A DNA stretch of 62,963 nt, counting the filler, from Vannella sp. (taxonomy: Eukaryota): the NCBI GenBank assembly GCA_023345925.1. It is 6 parts of 6 records of this genome, joined end to end, with 100 filler letters (N's around TTAATTAATTAA, not from the genome) between each part and the next. Parts side by side here need not be neighbours in the genome. Positions count along the whole stretch, not along the records: positions 1 to 12,492 come from JAJQQN010000671.1; 5 more parts are not named here. One strand, 5' to 3'. Shown piece after piece: positions 1 to 10,702 of this stretch; the first letter of the stretch is position 1; every line of letters starts with the position of its first letter. Both the position numbers and the translations under genes were made by a program. Under the pieces are notes generated by a model. That model had not been told where the DNA came from, did not search any database, and saw only the letters and a list, made by a program, of their open reading frames with translations.

Positions 1-2
1 AT

Positions 3-284
3 ACACCTCATTCTTGTTTCCCACCAGGCCCCGTCAGTCCCTGCTATAGAGACAAGTCTTTGCTGAGTTTGATCTCTTGCAGTGACAGCACGCCCAGCAG
101 TGAAGAATCGCCCTCTCCCCTCTCACCCACGATTGAAAGCTGGCTGTTGGAAGCAGGCCTCGATCCTTTCCAGGGAAGCGCTTGGCGTCCACAAAAGAGT
201 GTTTGGGAAGAAGAGAACGGCGCTCCTCCACCCCCCGCCCACCTCAACGCCCTCTCTGACCTCGATTCGTGGTTCTCCCTTTGA
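3..284 (+). CDS. 3' end of an upstream gene (partial), possibly a paralogue of the adjacent Zn2Cys6 factor
   Basis: Frame is open from the window start to TGA at 282-284. Segment CFPPGPVSPCYRDKSLLSL loosely resembles FFPSTIGDCLHDQALLSSL near the C-terminus of the next gene. Confidence 0.35.
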   Translation, partial: TPHSCFPPGPVSPCYRDKSLLSLISCSDSTPSSEESPSPLSPTIESWLLEAGLDPFQGSAWRPQKSVWEEENGAPPPPAHLNALSDLDSWFSL

Positions 285-472
285 GCCATCCTGTCGTTGG
301 TGAAGGAGCGAGAGCGTGTGTAAGCTTGTTGTGCATTAAGTGTCCCATTCAGGTTGATTGGACAAATATGAATATAATCATGTGTTTTGTAGTTAATCGC
401 TGATTTCATCTCGTTTGGTTCACTTTCAATTGTTTGGCATTTCCCCGCCTTCCTCTGAGGTTGCCCACATCC

Positions 473-2017
473 ATGGATTGCATTGAATGGGACTTTCCTG
501 TGGGGCAGCAGCTGACAGCTTCTTTTGAGAGTGAGTTGGAACAGTCGGTACCTGCCACAAAGACGATCTCGAAGAGAGCCACGCGTCAGCGAACATTGGG
601 AGCTTGTGAGCCGTGTAGGCACAGTAAGAAGCGTTGTGACGGACTCTATCCTTGCAAAAGATGTCAATCAACCAATAGAGCGTGCGCTTATCTCGATTCC
701 AGAGCAAGGCGATCCCCACCTCCTCCGATTACCGACAATGAGGTGTCTTTCTTCACCCCCTCGCCACCTCCTTCCCTTCAGGTAGTGCGTTTCTCTCCTA
801 CTAACTCTCTTCTCTCAGAAGAGGCTATTGAACGAAGCTACATCTCGTTGTTCTTCCGCCAGCTGTACCCGATGGAGCGGGTCATAGGAATCGATCTTTC
901 CAACTTCGATCGCCCTCAGAGCAAGCCCATTCTCCTTCAGTACTACACTGCAATGGCTAGCGCCACGCGTGTTTTTGCTAGAGATCCGACGAACGTCATG
1001 CACCTTAACTACGAGCGGCGAGCTCGCCAGCTTGCAAGCGAGTTGTTCGATCACGTGGACATTGAAACAGCTTTGGGACTTCATTTGCTCTCTCGACATA
1101 TGCTCTCATATGATCTAGAGCAAGCAGAGCACCTTCGTGACATGTCTTCTTCCATGTGTCACAGAATCCAACGGAGAGGAGGTCTTGAGATGGCTACTCG
1201 GGCTCGTCTCCTTCGTCTGGAGATGATCAATATTGGGATAAGGAGATTCTACCAGCCTTTTGGTAGCGATTCAGAAACCAAGAGGCTGATAACGCTGGCC
1301 GAAAGCACCACGGACGATACTGGGTTCCTCCGAAACATCCTCGATCTCCACCACTTTGGAGCTAACTTCCGTAGCATACTTCAAGTGGATTCCGAAGATT
1401 TTCCAGACGATCATTCAATCTCCTTTCGCTCCATTTCTCCTGACGAGTTGCACAGTCTTAGCAAACTTCTGGACCAAAAAGTGTCCCTTATTGTCCATCG
1501 ACTAGTAGCACCCCCTAATCAAATAGGACTGACATTAGGGGCATTAAGCATGCTCAGGGCGGTTCTCTTGTTTGCTGGAGGTCAAACTCAAGGAGCTCTT
1601 GTACTTCTGCATCAAGTAATCGAAGTTTTGGAATCAAATAGTCACTTCTGGTCCCAGACGTCTCCGCATCTACCAGATCTCATCCACGTATGCTTTTTGG
1701 TTGCCTACTTATCAAAGGATTACGATTTGGCGAGCAAAATGAATGGGATCCAACACCGGTTGCTCGAATTTTTCCCTTCCACCATCGGGGATTGTCTTCA
1801 TGATCAAGCTCTTTTGTCTTCACTACCCCCTGCTGATGATCTTGATGATCTACTATTGCCCCTTTCACCCTCCCATGAGAAATGTGAGATGGTCCTATCC
1901 AAGAATGGTGGAAAAGCCTCTCCAGTTGAATCGCCCTCTTTGTGGCTCAATTGGCCAGATAATCTGCATTCTCCCAGCTTTGAAGAAATGCTGCTGTCCT
2001 CCTTCGTATCACACTAA
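473..2017 (+). CDS. Zn(II)2Cys6 binuclear-cluster transcription factor
   Basis: CEPCRHSKKRCDGLYPCKRCQSTNRAC fits C-x2-C-x6-C-x5-C-x2-C-x6-C. A helical middle region follows. First ATG is at 473. Confidence 0.9.
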   Translation: MDCIEWDFPVGQQLTASFESELEQSVPATKTISKRATRQRTLGACEPCRHSKKRCDGLYPCKRCQSTNRACAYLDSRARRSPPPPITDNEVSFFTPSPPPSLQVVRFSPTNSLLSEEAIERSYISLFFRQLYPMERVIGIDLSNFDRPQSKPILLQYYTAMASATRVFARDPTNVMHLNYERRARQLASELFDHVDIETALGLHLLSRHMLSYDLEQAEHLRDMSSSMCHRIQRRGGLEMATRARLLRLEMINIGIRRFYQPFGSDSETKRLITLAESTTDDTGFLRNILDLHHFGANFRSILQVDSEDFPDDHSISFRSISPDELHSLSKLLDQKVSLIVHRLVAPPNQIGLTLGALSMLRAVLLFAGGQTQGALVLLHQVIEVLESNSHFWSQTSPHLPDLIHVCFLVAYLSKDYDLASKMNGIQHRLLEFFPSTIGDCLHDQALLSSLPPADDLDDLLLPLSPSHEKCEMVLSKNGGKASPVESPSLWLNWPDNLHSPSFEEMLLSSFVSH

Positions 2018-2426
2018 GTGAGGCGCAAACCCTAACTTGTTTTCCTAAACCTATCTCGCCATGGTCCTGCTGATCTCGGAGTCCTTCCGCAGACCAAGAT
2101 CGGCGTGGTAACTTCCTTCGCTTGTGTTTCATCACCTCTTAAGTTCCTTTGGCGTATTGGTGAGAATGTTTCGAAAGTTTTCGGGCCGAGCAGAACAGTC
2201 TGAACGGTCGATTACAAGACTTGGGAGGTTCCTTTAGCCGGGGATCCAAAGAAACCGGCCAAGAATCGGCCGTCTCTAAATTTTTCCTGCGTATTTCGTA
2301 AACCTTTTCGCCTTCGCTCCCCCAAAGCCTCTCCGTGAGGTGCTCCGTTCTATTTTGGTTTGTGAGGGCTGGGAACTCGATCTTTTGCCCCAGAAGGGAA
2401 AGGTCTGATGGGGGTGGAAAGGTGAA

Positions 2427-3710
2427 ATGTATTTATCAATGGCGGACGCGGAGAGGATGCGCCAAGAGCTTCTCTTCGAGCGTCAACGTCGCTGCGAGTT
2501 GGAGAGGATTGTACATCACCAACAGACAGAGCTATACAAGCAAGCTAACCCACGCCCGACACTGACGGACGGGGGAGCTGCTCCACTCAAGTCCATGACC
2601 AAGTCGAAGATTTCTCGCAAGTTCACCTTCACGCTGGTTGTCTCTCAGATTGCTCCACAAGCAGATGGGTTCATCCATGTTACTGCAGGGTACCAGCTGT
2701 CGGGATTCGTGTGTTTAAAGGTGAAACAGGAGGAACATCCCTTCCCCATGTCTGCTCTCTGTCTGGCACTCGAGCAAGAGGAGGAGATTCATATGGGAGA
2801 CGCTGATGCTGCTACCCGCCGTAAGACTCTCCTTACGTCCTACTTTCCAGTGGAGGAGCACTTCCTCGATGTGCCACACCAGCCCGCAGAGAAAGGGTGC
2901 TTTGAGTGGAGCAAAGGCGTGTATCGCTTTCCCTTTGTCATCCCAACTAGTGTAGAGTGTCTGCCAACGTATGACTACCAGTCACACTACGAAAGAGCCC
3001 GCCGTTCGTACTCCTTGAGAGTGTATTATCGGAGATCTGTCAGCCCTAACGAGGCAGTCCGGCTGGCACACATTACACCTATCCACATCCATATGTTCAG
3101 GAAGCTACCAGCTATTGTAGCTTACTCTAAGGCCCAGCAATGGAGTGGGAGCAAGTCAACCACATTCCTCCTCCGGAAAGGCGAGTTAAATTGCTCCCTT
3201 CAGCTCCAAGAGCAGAAGACCGTCTACTTTATCAGTTTCCACAACATTCCAGTCAGTTTCGATATCCAGAACCTCGCTGGCTTCCGCATTCACGATGTTC
3301 GCCTTCGCTTGTGCCAGGAGCTGTTTTATCGAACTACAGCCACGGGAAGGGCCATTCTGATGCACTCTCATGCGATATGGGAAGCTGACTTGTCCCAGAG
3401 GTTGAACCTTCCCATCTCAAAAGGGTCAACTCGTCAAGAGAGGGGTTTGTCCATTCCCCTTTCCGCCCAAGAGTTGAGTCCTACCACCACGAAAGGACAG
3501 AAGAGTCTCTTCTTCTTCCAGCATCATGTGGAGCTCGTCATTCGCACACCAAAAGACGTTACTGATGTCATCCTCCAATTGCCCATCACTCTGGCAGAGC
3601 CCCCCATTGAGCACCTCGCCAAAGCCATTCACAACCGTGCTTTAGCACAAGCCCAGTCCCTCTTGCCTTCTGATCCAACAGCACAAACAACAAGTGAGGA
3701 CAACTCTTGA
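2427..3710 (+). CDS. Arrestin-domain (alpha-arrestin-like) protein with N-terminal coiled coil
   Basis: GVYRFPFVIP..CLPTY (arrestin N-like) and IPVSFDIQN...LSPTT...HHVELVI...LQLPITL (arrestin C-like) in a 427-aa ORF. Confidence 0.7.
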   Translation: MYLSMADAERMRQELLFERQRRCELERIVHHQQTELYKQANPRPTLTDGGAAPLKSMTKSKISRKFTFTLVVSQIAPQADGFIHVTAGYQLSGFVCLKVKQEEHPFPMSALCLALEQEEEIHMGDADAATRRKTLLTSYFPVEEHFLDVPHQPAEKGCFEWSKGVYRFPFVIPTSVECLPTYDYQSHYERARRSYSLRVYYRRSVSPNEAVRLAHITPIHIHMFRKLPAIVAYSKAQQWSGSKSTTFLLRKGELNCSLQLQEQKTVYFISFHNIPVSFDIQNLAGFRIHDVRLRLCQELFYRTTATGRAILMHSHAIWEADLSQRLNLPISKGSTRQERGLSIPLSAQELSPTTTKGQKSLFFFQHHVELVIRTPKDVTDVILQLPITLAEPPIEHLAKAIHNRALAQAQSLLPSDPTAQTTSEDNS

Positions 3711-3834
3711 TTCTGTGCCAATTCTCGACCAAGATGTGTAAATCAGTCTCTTTTGGAATATATTTGTGAATGTTTCCCAAAGCCTTCGTGTCCGAGCTAA
3801 CCCTAAACCCTATTTGGAGTCATTTGGTGGGGGC

Positions 3835-6800
3835 ATGGCGCGGTTAGAAGAGGCAGAGGCGGCATGCGAGGCTCTGATGAGTAGCGATCTTGAACATAGA
3901 AAGCGTGGAGAGGAATGGTTAGAAACATGCCGTTCCAACGGGCTGACTTTGTATGCAAAGCTGGCATTGGAAGTGTTAGGTACGAGGCCTTTGGAGCGGT
4001 CTATTGGAGGTCCAAGAGCTTACTCGTTGCGACAGAAAGCTCTGGTTCCTTTTGTGCGATGTTTGAAATGTTCCGGGGGCTTCGGCAGCTCTTCACCTGC
4101 GATACCAAGTGGGACGTTGTTCTTTGGGGCGAGATATCCCAAAGAATCATCACAACCGCCCTTGCAAGAGCCTCTCAAGGGAGCCAACTATCAACTGAAA
4201 CACTCTCTGAGTGCTTGCGATGTGTCTCTGCAGGAGCTAAGCGATCTTGGTTGGCTTTAGGGCCGAACGGACGCTCGAATTGGGTTGAGGCTCTCTGTCT
4301 TGGCCCCATGCAAGCAATGTCAAAAGAAAGTTCTTTCCAGAACCGCATGGCACTCTCTATCGCCAAGGATCTGGTGATCGAACTGTCTCTTGGGCAGAGA
4401 TCAAGTTGCTTTGGGGTCTCGCTCGCAGAGCACCAGCAATGTCACTCACTCTTCTATCAAGAGGGACATCTGAGTAAGCTCTTCTTTTCTGTTGTCTTTG
4501 TGTGGAAAGGGTTCCTTCTGGACGAAATGGCACAAGATCAAGGCACTCTCCAAAGTGTCTTCGAACTCACTGCTGAACTGTTGCGGTGGAATTTTGTGTC
4601 TTCTTGTAATCCTGATTCCAAGGAGTCTCTTTCACAGTTCCGAGCTTGGGTGCACGATTCAACGCTGGCTGAATCAACAGAGTGCAGACTACCTGAAGAC
4701 TTAATCTCTCTAGTGCAAGGTCCAGAGGGTTTACTGGCCCTTTTACGATCCACTTTTCATATGTGCAGTTCTCTTACGGATCATATGTGCAGTTCCTTCT
4801 TTGATATCCTCTCCCGATTAAGTTTGGTGCAAGGAAACCCCGAAATTCAGGCCTCTTTTGCATTTCTCTTAACAGAACTTTTGCCGCGCTGTCCCCTGGA
4901 CTGGAGCTGTGCACTCCTCATTTGCATTAACCAATTCTGGGGCAATTATCTTTCACAAACGACTTTCAGTGAAATAGTGAATCCTGAGCTTTTCAAACCC
5001 TTCTTAGAACGGCTTATTGCCTTCACCCAGAACCTTTTCCGAGTCGAGGAAGCGCCAAACACTGCCATTCAAGAGGTAATGGATCTTTGGCTACTCTTAG
5101 GTATGAAGAATCGCTCCTTTCGTCTGGATTCTAAACAGATTTAGTGAGCAAAGCTGAAAGATTGCCAGACTCTCTAAGTTATCTGCGTAGAATGGCCGTA
5201 GAAGTCTATCGCCTTTATGTCTTACTGTTTATTAGGAGGAGTGCCGGACAAGATCCACTCTTTATCCAAGACAATGCGGAGGATTTGGCTTTGGCAAGTC
5301 AACTGGGAAGGCAAAATGTTCTGGAATCTGTCTCCTTTTTGGAACTACTCGTGCAGCAATCTACAGCCCCAGCAAGTATAACACAGCTCTCCACTGTCAT
5401 AGCAATCTGCGGAGCGCTATTAGCTGACCAGTGCGAGGGTGAGATTGATACAATTCCAGCAGAATTTCTTGATCAAATTGAATCAGCTGGAGCAGGTCTT
5501 CGCCTCTTACAAGTGACTTTGAATCTCATTGGGAAACTGGAAAGCTCCTCCCCCATCAACCAAAGCATTTTACAGCTCTACTATGCTTCGTTGTGGTTTC
5601 TTGATAGAATCTGCCCCGTTTATCTCTTCAGTGAACCTCCTTATGAGCATTCAAAACGAAAGAATAGCAGTGTCTTTGACGATCTAAGGGGCCCAACAGC
5701 TAGTGTGATACTAGATATGGCTTTAAACACTGCTCTTCGAGTGATGGAACTTCCTCATCTTCCCGAAACTCATCTCTCAAAAGAGGTTGCAGCTCGATTG
5801 CTGGAGAGGCTTTCTTCTGTGCGTGCCATAAGAGGCGTCGCCACAAGATCCCCTGTCATCTCCAAACTGCACTTTTTGTTTCAAAGGATTATCAACAACC
5901 TTAAAGACCTTCGAAGTCTTTCTTTGCCCACTGTGGAGCTGTTCTCTAGAGCCTTATTCTGCTTAGTTTCAGAGGATATTGCGATGGAACTACTGCAGCA
6001 CATCCAAGTAAGGTCCAATCCAATCCAATCTATCTTCTTGAAACAGAGAAACTTACTGAGTCGGAACAGACCCGTTTTGTGGCACTCGTGGCCCATTGCC
6101 CCAGCAACGACCAATCCGATTTATTACCTTATGTTCATGTAAGGTTAATGGGCTGGGAAGCTTTCTGGTACTAAGTCATGACCCACAAAGATCCTCAAAG
6201 GTGTCATCACTTGTCCCACAAACATCTCTCTCGCATCTATCCGCTTTCTAGACCCGTTAGCCGTCAGCATGAAGAAGAACCTTTCCCTTGGAACGATATC
6301 AACCGGACTTCTCGTCTTCCAGCACTTCCTCGAAGCTAAATTCGACCTTTTGGATCGCCCAGAAGACTTCCAAGTCCCCTGCCGAAAGGTGAGACTTCAG
6401 AAGAAAGTGTTTAGCTTCTTCTCATTCGAAACAATTCACTTGTAGGCGCTGGAGAGCTGCCAGAACAGTCTCCGTCAACATGAACAGTTCCTCCGCTTCC
6501 ATTCCGATGGACTTTCTGAGGTTCTACTCAGTGTGGTGGAGATCCTGCGAGAACTAGCGCTCCGCTATTCCGACTTGGAAGAGTCCTTTCAACTTCTGAT
6601 TCGGAGCGCCACGGAAGGATTCCTGCCCTGGATTGCTTTGCACTCTTTCGAGATGCTGAGCTATCCGCAGCTGGCTCACGCCTTCTTTGGACTCGTTCAA
6701 TGCCTGTGCTTGCAACCACTCGTTCTTCTGAAGCTCAATCCGGCTGTGTTTCAGGTGTTCCTTCTTCAGGCCATCCCCAAGTCGGTTTCTCTGGGTCTTT

Positions 6801-7228
6801 CCTCTCTTTGGCCCGCTACCTTGGAGGGGCTGGGGCATTTGCTTCTGTTCCCTTTCTTGTGCCCAGACTGCTCCGAATGGGCTGCTCAATGGCTGGCTTG
6901 TCCCAACTTGGATGTGGAAATCGCTCGTTTCCTTCTCGGTCCCATCGCCACAGAGCCCTCTCTCTCACTCCATAGCTGCGAGCTTGCGGCCGACGCTCTC
7001 TTGTTCCTTATCCTGCGCAACCAAGAGGCCTTCATGCGGGTAGCCGAGGAGCTGATCCTCTGTACGGTTGAGGATCTCCGACCTTTCCTCCGGAGTGCGT
7101 TCCAGCAGCTCACAACAGGCCTTCAGCCCTGTCCCGAAGCAGCATTGGATGTGGCGGTTCGGGCCCACTTCAGGGAGTCCTTCCATTCCTTCCAATGCCA
7201 GGTGAGCATGCTTCTGAAGCGCATATGA
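3835..7228 (+). CDS. XPO4: Exportin-4-like karyopherin (multi-exon)
   Basis: Start MARLEEAEAACEAL; motifs ELLRWNF, LLADQCEGEIDTIP and SLWFLDRICPVYL resemble exportin-4. ORFs at 3915, 5144 and 6533 are separated by short GT-AG introns. Confidence 0.7.
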
Positions 7229-7268
7229 AGTGAACTGTTGTATTCAGAAGTTCAAATAGACTCGTGGC

Positions 7269-7691
7269 TTAATCGCTCTCCTCTGCACTCTTGGCTCCAT
7301 CCTCTGTGGCCAGCCCAAGAGGGACCGTACGGCGTGCTTTTGGGGCATTCTGGACGATTTAATAAGAGTCCTAGGGAGGATCGTAGTAGTGATGCTCACC
7401 TGGAAGGCTTCCATGGCTTTCTCGCAGCCAACAAGGTTGTCCAAAGGCTCCCAGGTGTTCTCTGTGTAAGAGTAGCTCTTCCACTTGATGAGGAACTGCT
7501 CTGAAAGACACGGTACATAAGAGGTAGGTTCGATTATAGTGAACAGACCTACCGGTTCCCTTGTACATGCGGCGACCGAGGATCTCTTCCACTTCGTACT
7601 CGTCGACTTCCGGTTCGTCATCGGTTTCGACCTTCTGCGTCTTTCGTGAAGACCTGCGTCCACCAGTGCTATTACGCTTTCGATCCACCAT
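7269..7691 (-). CDS. Small chromodomain protein (3 exons)
   Basis: EYEVEEILGRRMYKG | EQFLIKWKSYSYTENTWEPLDNLVGC keeps the chromodomain aromatic cage. Introns are GTAGGT..TTTCAG and GTGAGC..TCCAG; the last exon ends ESD*. Confidence 0.85.
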
Positions 7692-7903
7692 CTACACCGT
7701 CATTACATCAGCGACACGCAACGAACTTCCTCGTCACCCACTCCAACGGCCAACGACAAAATGATCGATTTCACTCGCCCCACCTCCCAGCCCATTGATA
7801 ACTTTAACAATAAAATAATTCTTTTTCATCAGCCAGTCTGGAAGTTTGGCCAAAAGAGGCGGGAAGGGCTGGGAATGGAGGGAGAACGAGAACACTTTGA
7901 GGT

Positions 7904-8944
7904 TTATAACGGATGTGAGGATCGCTGCGTTACCATGGAAAGGAGCGAAACAGAGGCGATGCTGAAGCACAGGACGTTGACAAAGCGGATGATGTTGGTG
8001 CGGGTGCCCGTGGGGTTGTGGCAGGGGCGGAGATACGTAATGACGTAGAGGTTTGTATCGATCTGGTCAATGGCAGAGGGCGCTTGCTCGGGGTTGGGGA
8101 CCGCACTTGATGTCAGAAAGCTGAGAACTTGACTGGCGTGGAGTTTGGCCTCGGCTGTGCGGATGCGGTACTGAATAGCAACGGCAGAGTTTGTAACAAG
8201 CGTCCTTGATCGAATGCGGTAAAGCTCCGTTGTCTCCTCATGGCGCCAAAGGCGGTCTCGCAAGGAGTAGAAGAAGTCAGAGAATGATAGAAGGACACCG
8301 CAGCCTGTCAAGAGGACTCCCAGTAAGCATTGTGCAGTGATGGCGCTTCTCAGCTCCTCCACTGACTTCCAGTTGGGAGAATTCGATGCTGAGAACGGTA
8401 TGCGAGGATCAGAAGGCTGTTGAAGGCAAATCTCTCCATTCATATCCGTCACGAGCTCTCCGACCACGTAGATTGGCTCCCCTTGCCGCAGCTCGAACGA
8501 AGAAGTGGATCTGCCAGATGACATTTGTTGTCTTTGCCCAAACCTAACGCCTTCTGGTGTGGGAGTTCTTGGGTTGAAGGCCATGGTAGTCTCTCCTCCA
8601 TACTTGAGCCCATCTGTGCGCACTGTGACCTTGCTAGAGGGAGCGGTGCCTTGGAGGTGGAACTCATCTACACAATGTGTTGTAAGGCTGGATAGAGTCT
8701 GGGACCACGCCAGGCTGGGATAGGAAACATGAAGGTCTTTGCACTCTTCAGAGCTCAGCAGAGGTCCGGTCGTCTCCGACACGCCAACGCCTTTCAACTG
8801 AACGACTTGGCGAGTGCCTGGATGAAAAGAGACGGCATGGTCCACAGATAGCGGAAACCTCACGTTCTCATACTCTCCACGTAGCGCTGTGGCTCCACTG
8901 ACAACGTACCATCCCCAACCCGACAACAACAGAGACAAAACCAT
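7904..8944 (-). CDS. Two-TM protein with a GIDE-like (MUL1/SP1-type) intermembrane domain
   Basis: N-terminal TM, then LRQGEPIYVVGELVTDMNGEICLQQPSDPRIPF and a second TM, matching the GIDE layout. No clear RING is visible; the 3' exon structure is uncertain. Confidence 0.55.
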   Translation of the reverse strand: MVLSLLLSGWGWYVVSGATALRGEYENVRFPLSVDHAVSFHPGTRQVVQLKGVGVSETTGPLLSSEECKDLHVSYPSLAWSQTLSSLTTHCVDEFHLQGTAPSSKVTVRTDGLKYGGETTMAFNPRTPTPEGVRFGQRQQMSSGRSTSSFELRQGEPIYVVGELVTDMNGEICLQQPSDPRIPFSASNSPNWKSVEELRSAITAQCLLGVLLTGCGVLLSFSDFFYSLRDRLWRHEETTELYRIRSRTLVTNSAVAIQYRIRTAEAKLHASQVLSFLTSSAVPNPEQAPSAIDQIDTNLYVITYLRPCHNPTGTRTNIIRFVNVLCFSIASVSLLSMVTQRSSHPL

Positions 8945-9045
8945 TCCCAGCCCGTCCCTCAGCCCGACAACCAGGAATGAGGAGAAATGAATAATTATCC
9001 CTCAAATCGCATGAATCAGTGAAATTACAATACAAATCGAAGTAA

Positions 9046-9556
9046 TTAATTGTGCAGAGAATCCATCAACTCTTCCTCGGGTGAAGGCGAGAGGTCTCCC
9101 TCCAGTTGGTCTCCGTTCTCTTTGCGGATCTTCCCTCGTTCGATGAGGAAGCGGCCAACCTTGTACTTTTCCGATTGCTCGTAGGCTTCGATCTTTCAGA
9201 GGGTGAGGGAAAGGCAAGTGAGGTAAGGGGAGAGGCTCACATATTTCCAACCAAGAATAGTCTGGCACTCGATACAGTACACATTTGCTACCGTGTGAAC
9301 ACCGTTCAAGAGTATCCGATCTTCAAAGTCTCCCAGAGAGACGTTCTCACAAGCAGAGAAGAGATAGGCTTTTTTGCCCGACCTTTGGAAGTTCTTCCGG
9401 AAGGACCTCCAAGATCAGTCCTTGTCCCAAGCAGCAATGACGAGGCATCTCTACCTTCAATATGACACAGTGGTTATGTGCCAGATGGGTGAGGCAGTTC
9501 ACACACGAGTAGATCCGCTTCCCTCCTCCAAGGTGCTCTTTGTACAACCGCCCCAT
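9046..9556 (-). CDS. YPEL: Yippee-like zinc-binding protein (3 exons)
   Basis: MGRLYKEHLGGGKRIYSCVNCLTHLA | NFQRSGKKAYLF..NV..GVHTVANVYCIECQTILGWKY | IEAYEQSEKYKVGRFLIE. Confidence 0.92.
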
Positions 9557-9630
9557 CCAAATGGCCCACAGCTCTCTTCGATTAACTAAAACCAAGCCAA
9601 GATGAGAAGGAGAGTGTAACAAAAGAAGGA

Positions 9631-9674
9631 CATTTCCCCTTCATTTCCCCTTCATTTCCCCTTCATTTCCCCTT
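9631..9674. repeat. Tandem 11-mer (CATTTCCCCTT)x4 in the divergent intergenic region
   Basis: Four perfect copies between the Yippee ATG (9556) and the UBA-protein ATG (9696). Confidence 0.9.
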
Positions 9675-9695
9675 TGCTTTGGCTCCAGAGCGAGG

Positions 9696-10537
9696 ATGGT
9701 TCGGGAAGTGGTTCTGCTCAGTCAATCGGGCGAGAGCCAATTCGTGAATCTTGATGAGAATCTTACGCTTCGTGGATCGATCTGCCAACACCTGATGATG
9801 ACGGAGAAGGAGTTTGCGCAGCGCCACTTTATCGTTGCTGAAGGTCTGCGGGTGGACTCGATGTTTCCCATGGAACTGAGCGCTGGGACTCTCCTTTTAC
9901 TCAACAAACACCGGAAAGACATGCAAATCGTCCCTCCGGTGGAGGAGCCGCTTGATCTAGAGGCGATGATCCAAGAGAGAATGAAAAAGTACGCTGCTCC
10001 TGACGTGGAGATCACACTGGATGAAGAGAAGGTGTCTATGCTCATGGACATGGGGTTCACTCGAGAGAGAGTCCAAAAGGCTCTCATTTTAACCTACTCG
10101 GACGCAGAAGAGGCTCTGAACTGGCTTCTGGAGCATTCAGATGACCCCACGGCGGACATACCTCTGACCCAGAAGGAGGTAGGCTCATCATCTTGCTTCT
10201 TCTTTCCTCTCACTGACCAAAACAGCTCCGAGCCATTGTCAGGACAGAAGAGTCCTTTGTGCCCGAGGAGGCCAATCTCCAGAAGCTCTTGGAGATTGGT
10301 TTCCCCCGAGACCAGGCAGTGCAGGCCCTCAAGTTCAGCAAAAACTCTTTTGAAGGTGCAGTGGCTTGGCTGACAGGAGATGCTGCGCCTCCCACCATTG
10401 CTGTGGGACGAGATCTCGCCAACGATCGAATCGCCCAAGTCCTCCGCGAGATTGCAGCCCACCCCGACCGTCTTCAACAATACCTTGCCGATCCAGAGAT
10501 TGGTCCAGTGTTACAAAGGGTCCTCGACATGCTGTGA
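9696..10537 (+). CDS. UBAC1: UBAC1/KPC2-like protein (Ubl-like N-terminus, 2 UBA, STI1-like C-terminus; 2 exons)
   Basis: LMDMGFTRERVQKAL..AEEALNWLLEH and LLEIGFPRDQAVQAL..FEGAVAWL are UBA domains. QYLADPEIGPVL resembles the UBAC1 C-terminus. Intron GTAGGC..AACAG. Confidence 0.7.
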
Positions 10538-10702
10538 TCTTCAGGAACAAACATTGGCTCACTGAAACCCCTCCCTGGCAAGCTGGCAGGCGTTCCGGAT
10601 CTCTAACGCCACGGAAATAAGCATGGAAGATGTTGGAGAGGGTGTTGAAGAGGCAGGAGAGTTGGCCAAGGGCGGGAATCGATCATTCTTTTGGTGCCGT
10701 GC

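Noticed and set aside
7269..7691. Chromodomain as part of a chromovirus integrase
   Set aside because: It is a small spliced stand-alone gene with no RT, integrase or LTR nearby.
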